A stretch of DNA of 64,000 nt from Amoebophrya sp. A120 (lineage: Eukaryota; Protista; Dinoflagellata). The stretch's first letter is position 1. Every line of letters begins with the position of its first letter. The notes under the pieces are model-generated. The model did no database searches. It saw only the letters and a list, made by a program, of their open reading frames with translations, and had not been told where the DNA came from. The stretch spans positions 12,504,676 to 12,568,675 of the forward strand of contig CAJINV010000001.1 in assembly GCA_905178155.1 (NCBI GenBank), written 5' to 3'. The position numbers were made by a program, and so were the translations under genes. Positions 13,350 through 25,861 of this stretch are shown here, piece by piece.

Positions 13350-13761
13350 TCACTTTAATCCTGCAACCGCAGCGTTCTTTTCCGCGAATCGCTGCGCTAC
13401 GCGTTGTGAGTAGGACATAAACTTCTGCACGCACCGCTTTGCGCACCCCTCCTCCGCGTCGTCAAGGGCTTTGGATCGGAAGGTGTTCACACATTCGCCG
13501 AAACACCTCTCTACAAGGTTGTTGTACCTTTTGGGGGTTGGTTTTGGTTTGCACAAAATTACCCAACATGATACATCAACGCTTTTCATGATACGGTTTC
13601 GCTACAACTTTTTTCAGTTGGTTTTCATTTTGCAAAACCAAAAGTGTTCCGCAAATAATTAAGTACGTGTTCATCGACTCCGCCACTTGCATGTCGTTCA
13701 TCTGCGCCAAAACCAGCTGCCGATCCTTCGGCGAAAGCTGGTCTATCATGGCCGGATCCAT
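13350..13761 (-). CDS. TIM9: Mitochondrial small TIM chaperone (Tim9/Tim10 family)
   Basis: Removing GT-AG intron 13528-13666 gives MNTYNNLVERCFGECV...EEGCAKRCVQKFMSYSQRVAQRF (twin CX3C). Confidence 0.9.
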
Positions 13762-14408
13762 TTTGTCGTTGCTATGTTTGAATCAGTTTAGTGAACAAGT
13801 AACAAACTACTCAAAGCGCTAGTCATACGGTGTCAAAAAAACAGGAGCGGCTTTACTTCTCAGAGTAAAAAATCACGGGACCGAAGAAAACTGATCGACC
13901 TGAAGAACAGTTTTTTCGCGAATTCAAATGACCGCGATGGATCGAACCAACAGCACAAAATTCGGCGACAAAAGCATGCGTCATGCGGATAATCGCAACA
14001 TCCATAACAACTTCGGTAGATCTTTTCATCGCGGTGCTTCTATCGAGATCTTCGGTTGTAACACGAGTCGCGGCGAGCGTTTGTAACAAAACTTATGAGA
14101 AAGGTGACCTCCGCACTTTCTTTCCCAAGTACTTTCTTGCAAGATCTGCAGTTGGCCCAATTAGGCCTTTGATCCTGCAGGAAAATTTCGTTGCTTCAAA
14201 ACAGCAACAGCCCGGCACAGAAGTCTATGCTATGGTGGTCCGTGTCATGGCGTGACAGTGTATTTCTGGCAAGTAGCTGCGCGGAGTCGGGGCTATACAC
14301 CCTCTCGTCTCTGCAATGCGTGGAAAGTGAACAAGAAATCCATGCAAATTTTATCGATTGTCTGCAGAAACTGTGCTGCGCAACAAAAGCTGCACCAATT
14401 CCGCGAGT

Positions 14409-17400
14409 TCAGTGCGTCTCGTCGCACAGCCCCTTGAACCACAGATCGGCCTTCGCTGCGCTGGAGCCACGAGAAGCCGCACTGACGTCTCCAAAGAGGT
14501 CGAGCAAACCAATGATGAGCAGCATCACCGTGCTTACGAGGATAACGCCAGCAAGGAGTAACGCGATGACTGACGTTCGGTTGTATTTCTTCACGTAGTA
14601 ATTGATTACTGATTTCCCCAAGATCGCCCCGCAGCAGCACACGACCGCGAAGAAAAGCGAGTACGCGAGGGGCGCTTGGCCGCCAATGATAAAAATCGTA
14701 CTGGCGGTGGTGGACAGCATAAACAGCGTCGTGGCGGTAGTCGCGGTTGTTACCTGCGGTTTGATGACGAAAAGTAATCCCAACTTTTGCTTTGAATCTT
14801 TTATCGCATGATGCCATTGGAAGATCATCTCTCAGTAAACTAAAATTTCAACAAAGCACACAAACCTGGGGCCGCAAGCCCATCTCCATCATGATCGGAC
14901 CTAGTAGCATGCCACCCCCTATGCCGCACATTGCGGCTATGACTCCAGCGCCGTATGCGTAGAAAAGCAACCGCAGTGCGTTTTCTCGTGTGTCAAAAAA
15001 CTCCCACGTGTCGCGATAAGACCTGAAGTGTGACAAAACCAAGTCGTATTCTGCTGCGGTTTTTCTTTCAGTAGGGTGTCCTATGAGAGGCAAAAGCAAA
15101 TATGAGAATCATGAACGCTTCGATCGATAGTAGAGAATAATACTTCGCTTCGACTTGCTGCCCGTTGCCTCCTGGTGTAACGGACACGGTTTTCCTCTCT
15201 TCGTACTGCTTGACCAGGCTCTGCGCGTGTCTGTAGGCGAGATTATCCCACAGAAAAAAGCTGGCAGGGCATATTTGTAATGCAAAAAGAAATACACAGA
15301 AAAATCTGTCATGGGCGACCTCGTAGCATGCTATTTCGGGTATGCAATACAAGTTTTCTTGTCCATTTATTTTTGCATTACAAATATGACCTGCCAGTTT
15401 TTTTCTGTGTGATAGAGATACAACAGAACGGAGGTGGCACTGAGGAGGATGAGCCAAAAGAGCGCGGTGCAGTAGCCCAAACTTGTCTTTACCTTGAGGG
15501 GGATCGAGATCGAAGTCGTTCAGTAAAATAAAGCGAAAACGCACTTAGAAATCTTTATTTTGTTCAACGAGCAAAGTCATTGCATTAACACAACAAGTAG
15601 CCACAACTTCTTACCCCCGACACGACGAGCATGATCATCCAGACCCCGAGAAGCATTTTTTGGATTCCGGCGTCACTGACCTTTCCCCGCGAGGACCTCG
15701 CTATTGTAGACGACAGCTCATTCACCGGGGACGGCTGCGCGCTATCCACCGTGTTGCCCTTCCCCGCGCTCGGTGGTTGTATTCTCAGTGTGCCACTCGC
15801 CACTGGAGACAGATTGTGGTCGACACCCTTTATTGGCGAATGATTCTTCGCGATCACCACTTGCTCCATGTTGCTGCCGTTGGTGGGCACCAGAGACAGA
15901 GAGGAGGAGTGCGCAGACGAGAGCGGGGACGTGGTCAACCCGGTCTCCTCGCCAGGACTGTTTTTTCTTGCAAGAGTTTTCGGATTATTTCCATGGTCGT
16001 CAATTTCCCCATGATCTCCGTCGGCGTTCCCGATCACCTCGGGCACATCCGCGTCCTGAAACTCCTGGTAGCTGGTGGGGGTGCTGCCCACCGAGGAAAG
16101 TTTCTGACTGATCTGGTAAATCACGTTCGGATTGGAGGTGCTACCGGATTCGGTTTTCTGCAAGCCAGGCCTCGCTCGGGCTTGGTTCTCGTCTCGCCAG
16201 AGGGATAAGCCTTTTCGCAGGGTCCTGCGGCCCGAATCGGTCAGAACTGCGATGAGGAGAAACAGGATCAGCCAGTCGGGTGATATCTTGTGCACGACGG
16301 CGCCCATCTGTACACCGGCCATGAGAGGGAAACCGAGAATGGCGGTGAGGTCGAAATCCACCATGGACCGGGATTTGTCGGTGGGGTGGCGCTGCTTCAG
16401 ATTGTAGAGAAGCACCGAAATCGCGCCGCCCGCGAGCATGGACTGCATTTTATTTTTCGATAAAGCAGTATTTACAAAACCATGACGTCATCAAAATGTC
16501 GCAGCAGCACTGCAGTGAAAGAACTACTTACCTGGTCACGAAAAACTCTATCCGAAAAATCCTTAAACAACCTTCCTCCCTCACCTGCGAAACCGCCGTG
16601 GCTTTGTGTGCTCGAAACCTTAGCAGCAGAATCAGAAGTGGCACATAAATGCCGCCTCCGCCGACCCCGGCGGACAGTGCCAGGCCAGAGCCGAGAAAGA
16701 ACAAAAAGGTTCCCAACAGATCCATATCGACTGGATCCGCGAATAACTCCTTGTGCCTGCAAACCCGCTCCGCGTCCCAGAAGTCGCAAACCCGATAAGG
16801 ATATGCCGCGCACTCCCGCGAGGAGACGCAGGTCCGATGACACCTACCTTCTCGACAAACTTCCGTATCGCCACACGTTGGCGCCGTCCACAGCGAAGTC
16901 GCCCAGTTTGTGGCTGCACCGCTCTCCTGTTGCGGTAGATTTGCGTCGTCGCCGCAAGAGACCCCGACGCGGACTTCCTTTGATTTTGGCTGGAAGGCGT
17001 ACGTCCGGAAGATACTGGCCGAAGCAGCCGTGCCCACCGCGTCCTCCGCACAGCGCCCCAACATCGGGTCCGCGGCCCGGCAAGAGCCGCGCATCACGCG
17101 GCAGACACTGGAAGTATCCCCCTTGTGTACGGAGGCCGGTGCGTTTTGCAGCGTGCTTGCGTACTCGAGAAAGTCGCAGTTGCTACTTATGCAAAACTGT
17201 TTGCACTGCGCCAGCGTCGTGCCGCGCTGCCCCGCGAATGCGTGGGCGGCCAGGGGGTCTTTACAGCACCCGGAGCCTTCGTCGATCCACACATCGTGTC
17301 CGGTGAAGGACAGCTGCTTCTGCAGTACGTCCCCCTGATAAACCAAATCGTTCGTCAAATTCCGGACTTCCGCGGAAAACGTGTGCTCGGGCCCGTCCAC

Positions 17401-18021
17401 CCCGGCGTTTTCCGGCACGACCTCCAGAAACCGCGCGTCGCACACCCGGAGTGCGCAGTGCTGCGTGGCGGCGGGGGTGTAGCAGGAAGCGGGTAGGCGG
17501 GAATACGCCGTGGGGCCGCTGCGGAAAATCAGCGGGCCTAGGCTGCTTGATTTTGACCAGTCCGATACCCCGCCGGGGTCTAGTTTCAAGTGTACCACCG
17601 TACACCCTTTGCTGCAGAGTGCCGCGGTAGTTGTTTCACTAGTTCCTCCGCTTGGCGCCATGGTGTGGCAACTGGCTGCCTGTGTGCAGTACTGCGCCAG
17701 CCCACGCTCCTCCTGTGGGGAAGTCGGACACAGGTGCGGATTTGTCGCCGGGCAGACGTTGTGCCCACCGTGCGCCTGATCGCAACACGCCTCGCCGTCC
17801 GAACAGGTCGTCCCATCGTAGCAGGTACTTGACGTCGACGGTGTATGGCCTAGCGGGCAGGCACGAGAGAACGGGTAACTGGTCTCGCCGTGGGCTGGGG
17901 CATGTGTGGGAAATGTCGCTGCGCAGCTTAGAAGGACAACGGCCCGTTTCCGGCTTTGTGCAGTGCCGGTGCTAGGCCCGCTGGTGCCGCAAACCGGACG
18001 CTTTGGTATGAAGCCCTCCAT
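14409..18021 (-). CDS. TauE/SafE (DUF81) family transporter with Cys-rich N-terminal extension
   Basis: Motifs LALSAGVGGGGIYVP and AAMCGIGGGMLLGP plus multiple TM segments; GT-AG introns 16443-16584, 15493-15614, 14754-14865; introner at 15244-15414. Confidence 0.85.
15244..15414. mobile_element. Introner, family B (171 bp)
   Basis: TIR tatcccacagaaaaaa...ttttttctgtgtgata; TSD gagat at 15239-15243 and 15415-15419; removal gives SVLLYLAYRHAQ. Confidence 0.92.
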
Positions 18022-18506
18022 CTGGTGGTGCAGACGAGCAGTGAAGATGTACCGCTAGCACGTGCGACGGGCCTTCATTTTGAAATATATTTCAAGAACT
18101 GGGACAGAAACGGTTCAAAACTTCGATGTAGTTTTTGGTATCAACGAAGGCACATCAAAACCATGTCGTGGGCACAAGATAAACACGAATTGAACGATCG
18201 CGAATTCGGTGTAGATACCGAACGAAATATTGCGAACACCACCATTGCTGTCAAATTTGACTGGTTCAGTCAGGAAGGTTGCAACCCTTTCACCGTCCGT
18301 GTAGCGTAAAAATTCTCTTCTTTCGAAGCACTTGAAAATTCGCAAAAAAGAACTCAGTCCTCGCGCAAACAAAATCTAATGATTTCGATATCCCCGGAAG
18401 CAGCCGCCTATCCGAGGCTTTTGTGCGTAGAAATTATGTCGCTGGTGAAAAGATTGTCCATCATCAAATTCGGCCGTGGTTGTTAGGTCTGCAAGAACTG
18501 TGTTTG

Positions 18507-20464
18507 TCAGGACAGCGCCGGCGACGCAGTTGCGTTTTTCCCAAATATTCTGGAACCGCCGACGATCAGAAATGGTGTCGCGAAAAGGAATATCAAATGT
18601 AAAAATGTCTGGGTCTGGAAGAATGCAACTTGTCATGCTAACTCTGAACCCTGGAACCTGAAGCATGCAAAAATCTGTGTTGCATGATTACCAAAAGTCG
18701 TCCAGTTTTGACCAAGTTGCCGCGAGGGAGTTTCTCATGCAGGATAGGCATGAGAGAGATCGCACAGAATCTATCATGCTAGGCCCTGCATTCCAGGCCT
18801 CATGGATCATGGAAACGCTGCATGACAAGTCGCGCATTCTTCCAGGAGACCCAGACATTTTTACATTTGATAAGGAAGACGAAGTGACTGAGCGCGTTGT
18901 GATTCACGTGCGGCATGATTGGGTGCAGAGCGCATGCGGTTGGGTTTTCTATCCAAGCGGCGCCGCACGCGCGCCCGAGTGTCGTCTGCACTGCAAAGGC
19001 ACTAATTGCGACTACGAGACCGAAGAGAAACACCAGCGGTGCGTTGGTGCCGCATACGCAGAACGCTTTGGTGTACCTGTTTATTTTGTGGAAAAGCAAT
19101 TCACGTGCAAAGGTTTTCTTTTTATGAAACAGAAACTCGCCAAAACAAGACAAAACAAAAAAAATGCAGAACCTCAGACTATCAATACCTTGCAACGACT
19201 CCGCCGAGCAGCAACCACGCGAATAGGTAGCAGCCCCCCAGTACCAAGAATGGCAGCGCGACAACGAAGTGCGTGAGGCACAGCAGAATTGTTGTTACCG
19301 TGATAACCAGGTCCTCGGAATATTCAGTGAATGCTCTCACGCACAGGCCATTCAACCCTTTCCCCCGTTGCAGAAGAGGCTGCGCTTCGCTTCCAGGGAA
19401 CACCAACGCTTTTGCATGCTGGTCGTGGTCGCGTAGCGGGCTCTTCTTGCTTCCCCTCGTTGATGCCGAAGTGCTACTTCTGGACGGACCCGCAACGCTC
19501 GCTCGCGAACTCAGTGCTATTTCAGGGCCAGTTGTACTGTTAGGGCCTGCTAGAACTACGTTTCTGCTCGAAGAGCCCGGTGCTCCGAATTCCCCGGTGA
19601 TAATTCTTGATGTTCCTTGCTCCACCATGGGAGTGTTCACGTCTTGCGACAGCAGCTCGCGCCGCATCCGGCAAGCAAGCAGGCACAGGAAGGCCGACCC
19701 CGCGAGGCATAAAAACCCGGTTGCGGACCAAAGCAGGTGGTCTATCGGCCGTTCGGCCGGGTCGTCAGACGTGCACAGCAGGTGCAGCACTCCGCCGAAA
19801 AAGGTGCCGAGCGCGATACTGTACCAAGACAGTTCGTAGAGATATTACAATGAAAAATGCCCCCTCCCCATATCAAAACGGAAATCTGTGATGCAGATTT
19901 GTGGTCACAAAACAGCTTTGTGATGCTAGAAGGCAAAAGATGCGGACTGTAGTGCTGCCTAGCGTGGGAAAGCCTTGCAGCTCCAGGATGACAGGAGGCA
20001 ACAGGAAGTGGGAAACAGCATGACAGATTCCCTGCAATTCAGGCCGCAGCTTCGTCTCTTGGCCTTCTACTAGCAATACAAGTCGATTTGTGTACTCAAA
20101 TACAGTATCACAAATTCGCGCATCTTCCGCTTCCGATATGGGGTGGGGGCTTTTTTCACTTTGATAAGAGAAAGAGGTTCATCTGCGAGCTCTGCAGGAG
20201 CTGCTGTAGTCGCCGCGCCGTGTAGGACTGCGAATCTTGTTTCCCCTCCATGATCTCGGCGGTTGGCGATATTATATTCCCGATCGTCCATCGCGCGCGG
20301 GATAAAAACCAGTAGGTCAGGAAAATTTGCACGGCGGCATTCAGAAAATCCGTCGCGAAGGTGCCAAAGCTGTTGTCGCAGCCGTGCTCAAAGTAGAGCC
20401 GCCCGATCAGGTCGCGCCGGTCTAGCTTTGGCTGCGCCAAAAGGTCAAAAGTTGGGTTCGTCAT
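18507..20464 (-). CDS. Multi-pass membrane protein, CREST-superfamily/DUF6962-like
   Basis: Reconstructed after removing two introners and GT-AG intron 19077-19188; motifs FATDF, FFGGVLH, NHNALSH; family assignment tentative. Confidence 0.65.
18591..18872. mobile_element. Introner, family E (282 bp)
   Basis: TIR tatcaaatgtaaaaatgtctgggtct; TSD aggaa on both sides; removal gives LSHFVFLFATPFLIV. Confidence 0.92.
19843..20166. mobile_element. Introner, family D (324 bp)
   Basis: TIR tattacaatgaaaaatgccccctccccatatc; TSD agaga; removal gives QMNLFLYELSWY. Confidence 0.92.
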
Positions 20465-21359
20465 CGTTGTTCTCAAAAGTCAGTGGAAGATGGGTGGAAG
20501 ATGGTGATAGTAGTACTGCACAAAAATCATACACAAAATGCGCGGAGCGAGATCAAATGGTGCCTAGATGTTGATGAAAACATATATTCTACAGAAAAAT
20601 GATAGATGGTAGTGCATGCGCGTTTCTATTGTACAGCAAATGTCTTAATGACGGGCTCGATGCGTGACCCTGTTACAGAGTACCAATAGAGAAGTGGAAT
20701 GAGGCGTGCAATTTAGCGAGCAGCGGTGTTGGAATGAATTTACTTACTTACTTAGCATCTCTTCTATGGAGATCTTGCATACACATTTCGATCACGAGAC
20801 GCAGAAGTGGACAGCTCCTGCGACCCACATTTGATTGTTTTCTCGACAACAGACGGCACCGCTTTTTTATCGTGTGGCAGTCAACCGAGCGAAGTATCAA
20901 ACTAACTCCGCATAATTGCTTGCTCACCGAGAAAGTTGCATGTTCACGAACAGTTCTTCAGACCAGTACGAAATGAAAACGTAAAGCCGACGGACTACAG
21001 GACAGTTGTGACGGAATACTTACGAAATCAATTGCAATACTAATGCGGTGTGCTGCTTCTCACGCTTTCAGGCAGCGAACCAGTTCAAGAGCAACGATCT
21101 TCCTGCTACTGCCTCAGGGGTAGATAAAATCTCAATTCCAAACACAAATGCAAGGGTATGAAATATTTACGCCGCCTGCTGTCAACCGCGCCAACGCCTT
21201 CTCCCACTGCCGTCAATTGTGCATCCGAGGAGCTGCTCTCCCTCCCTCTCCGCGAACTCGCCCGTCACTCCATCAGCACCCGAGAGCCGCGCCGCCCGTC
21301 TAGCCGTTCTGCTTCGCCGCCTGTGCGGTTTCGCCAAAATGCCATGTCCGGATGTGCTT

Positions 21360-23258
21360 CTAGACCAATGTGAGCGTGTTCAGGCTCCCACGAAAGTTAT
21401 TACTGCGCCTGCAGTCATCCAGACTGCGGAACCTTATTTCCGCTGCGTTCGCTTCCCTTACCAGCTGCGGCACCAGCTCCACGAATAGCAGAGGGTCAAG
21501 CAACAGCAGGCCTCCCTCCTGCCGCGCGTCTGCAAGGGGTTTCCGAATCGCGTTCTCCAGTGGATCTGCTAACAGTTGAGACAGCGAAGCCGTTGCAGAG
21601 CTAGATCCAAAATACCCTCGATTGCGCTCGGGATCCTCTGCTTCCACTGCCGCGGGCTGTTGTATGGGCGGAATGACCAATCTTGGCTGCACCAATTGCC
21701 AGTCAAGCTTCCCGGCGCTAACTTTCAACAGCGTTGGCAACGCGCCTGGGTCTTCTACTAAGAGTAGCTTGGGCGCTGGATCGAGAGTACGCCGGTAGAT
21801 CCGGAAAGACTGCACCAGCTCGCGTTCCAATTCTTCCTTCTGCCCATACACTGCGCGCTCCCGTATTCGTGCCTGCACGGACAGACCTGCTTTTTGCCAA
21901 TTCCGCACCAAGTCAGGAAACTGCTCTACGAAGTCTGCGAAAACGAAGACTGCGAGCTGGCCTGAAGATTTTGTTGTCTTCTCATTTTTGTCTTTTTTCT
22001 CCTTTCGCTTGCGCTTCGAAGGAGTTTCCTGCTCAGCCGCGGCGGTGTCATACAAAGCAGTCTCGGCCAGCCAGCTATTGACAAAATCCTGCGCCGGTCC
22101 TCTCTCTGATCCGATTTTCAGTCCGAGCACTACATTCCCGTCCTCTTCGTCATCGCCGATACAGGTCCGCAGAACCGGATGATTTGCGTTACTGTGGAGG
22201 GAGTTCAACGCAAGCATGTCGCTGGGGTTGCCTTCCTGTGGCCATAGCAGCACTCGATTATTACCGAGGAGCGCCGTCAATCCACTGCTGCCCGCAAAAA
22301 GCGGCGATTGAGCCGCAGCGTTACCGACTTTGAAATTTGGTCCTCCACCTGACTCTTCTTCGAACGCGCCACCACCAAGAAGAGGCGCGCCGCCCTGCTC
22401 GCCCGCATTACCTGTCCCATCGCCTTGTGCGCCCGAACCTAAATGGTCTTCTGTCAAATAGAGCTTTCGGAAAGTGACCAAGGGCTGTGCGTTGGAGGAC
22501 GACGACGGAAGTCCGTCGAGCAGCAGCTTCTGCCGCTCATCTGCGCGATGCAAAAGGGTTTGCGCCAGCTGGAGTAGAGAGGTTTCCCCGGGCCCGATTC
22601 GCAGCACTATTTCGTCTTGTGATGAAAAAGTTTGCCTCAGCCACTCGAAGAGAGGAGGGTCGGACTTCCGTTTCGAGTCAGACGAGGGAGGATCAGATGC
22701 CGCAGCTCCCGTCTTCAATGGTGCAAGCGCTTTCGTATCTTTGTCTTTTTTCCCTCCACTTCCCGATGCGACAGCCTTCCATTCGCAAGGAAGTCGCCCA
22801 ACGGGCACCGGAGCCACCGCCCCGAGCTGGAAGTGGGATAGATAGTTGTAGGCCCCATCTCCCGCTACAGTGCTACAGTCAAAGGTGTAGAGCTGGAAGC
22901 GATGCGCGCCAGGGTAAATTGCTCGAAAGACCTCGAACGCTGTGCCGTCAGAATCGATGAAAGCATATTGGGTACTAGTCTCGTGGCCTTCTTTTGCCGA
23001 TACTGTGCTCGGCGAAGTGGTGTGTGAACTTGAAGGTGGTGCAACTGTTCTCTCCAAGGTCTCGTAGCCGTCAACCCGTCCCGGTGCTATTGTTGATGTC
23101 AGTTGCCATTCCCGCTTGTCGTAGGCGCAGTCCGGGTTGCTTGAGAAGAGCAAGGTGAGCATCTGCACGCCAATCAGTACAACAACGCATCCGCCGCTGA
23201 ATAGCAGACCTCGCAGGATGCGTTGCTCGCGTGAAGAAATTCCGCGACTAGTCGCCAT
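21360..23258 (-). CDS. Hypothetical type II membrane protein
   Basis: 632-aa ORF with a single N-terminal hydrophobic segment. Confidence 0.6.
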   Translation of the reverse strand: MATSRGISSREQRILRGLLFSGGCVVVLIGVQMLTLLFSSNPDCAYDKREWQLTSTIAPGRVDGYETLERTVAPPSSSHTTSPSTVSAKEGHETSTQYAFIDSDGTAFEVFRAIYPGAHRFQLYTFDCSTVAGDGAYNYLSHFQLGAVAPVPVGRLPCEWKAVASGSGGKKDKDTKALAPLKTGAAASDPPSSDSKRKSDPPLFEWLRQTFSSQDEIVLRIGPGETSLLQLAQTLLHRADERQKLLLDGLPSSSSNAQPLVTFRKLYLTEDHLGSGAQGDGTGNAGEQGGAPLLGGGAFEEESGGGPNFKVGNAAAQSPLFAGSSGLTALLGNNRVLLWPQEGNPSDMLALNSLHSNANHPVLRTCIGDDEEDGNVVLGLKIGSERGPAQDFVNSWLAETALYDTAAAEQETPSKRKRKEKKDKNEKTTKSSGQLAVFVFADFVEQFPDLVRNWQKAGLSVQARIRERAVYGQKEELERELVQSFRIYRRTLDPAPKLLLVEDPGALPTLLKVSAGKLDWQLVQPRLVIPPIQQPAAVEAEDPERNRGYFGSSSATASLSQLLADPLENAIRKPLADARQEGGLLLLDPLLFVELVPQLVREANAAEIRFRSLDDCRRSNNFRGSLNTLTLV

Positions 23259-23479
23259 AATTCAGGGAATCGCATAAAATCGCGCAACCAGCGGCGCCAC
23301 TCTCGCATCACTAATACATTTTCAAGTAGCGCGTGCCTGATGGGTTGCCTTGTGCAAACGTAGATCTGAAAACCGACAAGCGCCGACCTTAGCATAGAAC
23401 ACTTTCTGGAAAAATTCACGCGACGGGCAGAGCAGCTCCGGTGACAACTGTTCGACATGAAGACACACCTGTCTCATGA

Positions 23480-25230
23480 AGTCGGGCGATTGGAGGTGCC
23501 AGACACCGACCCAGACCGGACCCGGCCGGTGTTGGGCGGACTCCACAAAGACCGGGCCGCGCCTGTGCGGGCGCGCCGCGAAGAGGGCCCGGCGCCCGGC
23601 CCGGGATAGCGAGGGGCGGCGATATCATCCGAACCCCAAAAAGTTGTGTCCGAGTGCGAGCCAGCCCGCAGGCGCCGCGGCCGCGCGAAGTAGTGCAGCG
23701 AAGGAGAGCCAGGCGAAGGCCTCGGCCCGGCGGCTGTCGAACCGGGGGCCCGGGGGCGCTGCGTCCCCGCCTGCCGGCCCCGGCGGCTCCGTTGCCTGCA
23801 CGCGCGCGCCCTCTCCGCGGCGCCGCCTGGCGGGGCTCGCCCGGTTGTTTTTGTTGGCGGGCCATTTGGGGGGCGCTCGGGAGTCTTTTGCGCAGCAAGC
23901 GCGCGCGCCAAATTCTGCGCGCCTCCTACCGCCCGGCGCCCCGCGCTGCCTGCCCCGGCTGCGGGCCTCCGAGGTATTTCACCGCCCCCGGCTTCACGTC
24001 TGTAGCCCCCATCCGCGCGGCGGCTTCCCCGGATCTCCTTCTTGTAGAACTCCGCGTCACCGAAGGCCAGCCCATCGTCAACGTGTAGGCAGATAAAGCC
24101 CGCGTCTTCCCCCGGGCGGCTTCCGTCCCGTGAGTGGCGTCCCGGCCAATTCCGGACGCATCCCGGCGCCCTACCAAGAGGGCGGGCCCGCTCCGGGCGC
24201 GCGCGCCCCGAAACTAACAACAAAGCCCGAGGCGCAACGCGGCGCATTGCTAGGCGAGCCGCGTCGGCGCGCAGTTGCAATTTGCGCAGTAATCGGGGCG
24301 AATTTTTAAATTTTAACTCGATCCGGGCTGCACAAGAGGGCTGATTTTTAAAAATTGGGCAGCGTTCCGGGGTGTTCCCTCGGCCCGTAGGCGCCGGCCC
24401 CCTTGCTTCGGTCCGAAGGCGCCGAGCCCGCCCGAATGCCGCCGGCCCGGCCTTCGTCAAGAGCGCCGGCGAATCGCACGCGCTGCGCGCCAGGCCGGGC
24501 AGGCGCCGCCGCGCCAAAACCCACGCCGGGGCGCCCGCCGGCGCGCGCGCCGTTTCGCCGGGGGCGAAAGCTAGGCGGCCTCCAATGCGGGCGCGCCTTC
24601 CCCGGCGGATCGGAGGGCCCCGCCTCCCGCGCGCCCCCTGCTCCGCGAATCCGCGGGCCCCCAATCCCGCCTGGTGAACTCCGCCCGCTTGCGGCCCGCT
24701 TCGTGGTGAGCCGCGTGGCGGCCCTAGTGGTATCTACGCCATGGCGGGGCGGGGCAACGTTGCCGCCCGGCCGAGCTGCGGGCCCGCCCTCCTCTCTTCC
24801 GCGCGGGGCCGGATGGGCGGCCGCCCCAAAAAGGCGGCCCGAATGGCGTCGCTCGCGCTCCGGGCGCGGGTCTACAATGGCCAGGCGAAGGCAGCAAGCT
24901 GCTGCCCGTAGCCGCAGGCGCCCGGCTGCCGTTCTCCTGCGGCATCGTCGCCGGCACCACGCTAGCACGACCCTGGTCCCCGCGGCCTTCCGGAAAGCTC
25001 GGGACGTCAACCGATGCGACCGGATACCGCGCCCCTTGGGGCCGCGCCGCCGAAAACGCTGGCGCCTCGGCATCGGTTACACGCGCCACGGCTGGGCCGG
25101 TCCTGGGTGAGCCTAGACGCTACGCACCTGGGCGCAATTAGAGCGATGGCGCCGAACTTCGGCCCGCTCTTACAACACGCCGCTGCGCTGCGGCGCCCCA
25201 CCAAAACCCCAGCGCGCCCGCAGGGTAGAG
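23480..25230 (-). mobile_element. Degenerate Ty1/copia-like retrotransposon relic, extremely GC-rich
   Basis: Frameshifted reverse-transcriptase remnants GFICLHVDDGLAFGD (~24060-24100) and KYLG; abrupt rise in GC; boundaries approximate and no LTRs seen. Confidence 0.65.
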
Positions 25231-25861
25231 TCGTCACTATTGCGGCATCATCCGCAAACTCCACGTCGACGGGCAGCTCTAGAGCCGTAGTACAGAAGGG
25301 AGCAAGGGGGAACAGAAGTAGAACACAACAACCCTCATTGTCCGCGTCTTGCATCAGTTTTCTGTTCGTTGGCACGTTATTTGGGGATTCTCCCGAAAGG
25401 TTCTGACACGACATTCGAATGTTCGAGAGCAGCAATCAGAGTACAGCAGTTCGCATCGTGCTAAGATATGGCTCAATCGCATCGAATCCTTCAGTAGGCA
25501 CAGTTGCGCTCGGGTCTGGCCCGTATTCTACTTTCTCATATACGGTCAGGCAGCTTCTTGCGGACCCTCACCTTTCCTGAGGATAAAAAAAAACTCGCAC
25601 TTTTTTCCCGTACTTCTACTTTGACTTTTTCGGAAACAATTATCACTGCAAGTTATTGATCATTCATTCCATCTATCTAGATATCTTTTCTGGAGTAGAG
25701 AAAAACACTTTTGCCGTCAGCTCTGGTAAAAATTCAAACATCATCTCATACGGGAACTGCCCTCGTGCGTAAAATCAGATATACTAAAAAAAATCGCTGC
25801 GTATTCAAAGGATTCAGTTTCCTCCTTGCGAGGATGACTCGTCGCCAGTGCGTGCTTTCGG

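Noticed and set aside
18665-19276. 203-aa plus-strand ORF
   Set aside because: It starts inside an introner and is antisense to the membrane-protein exons
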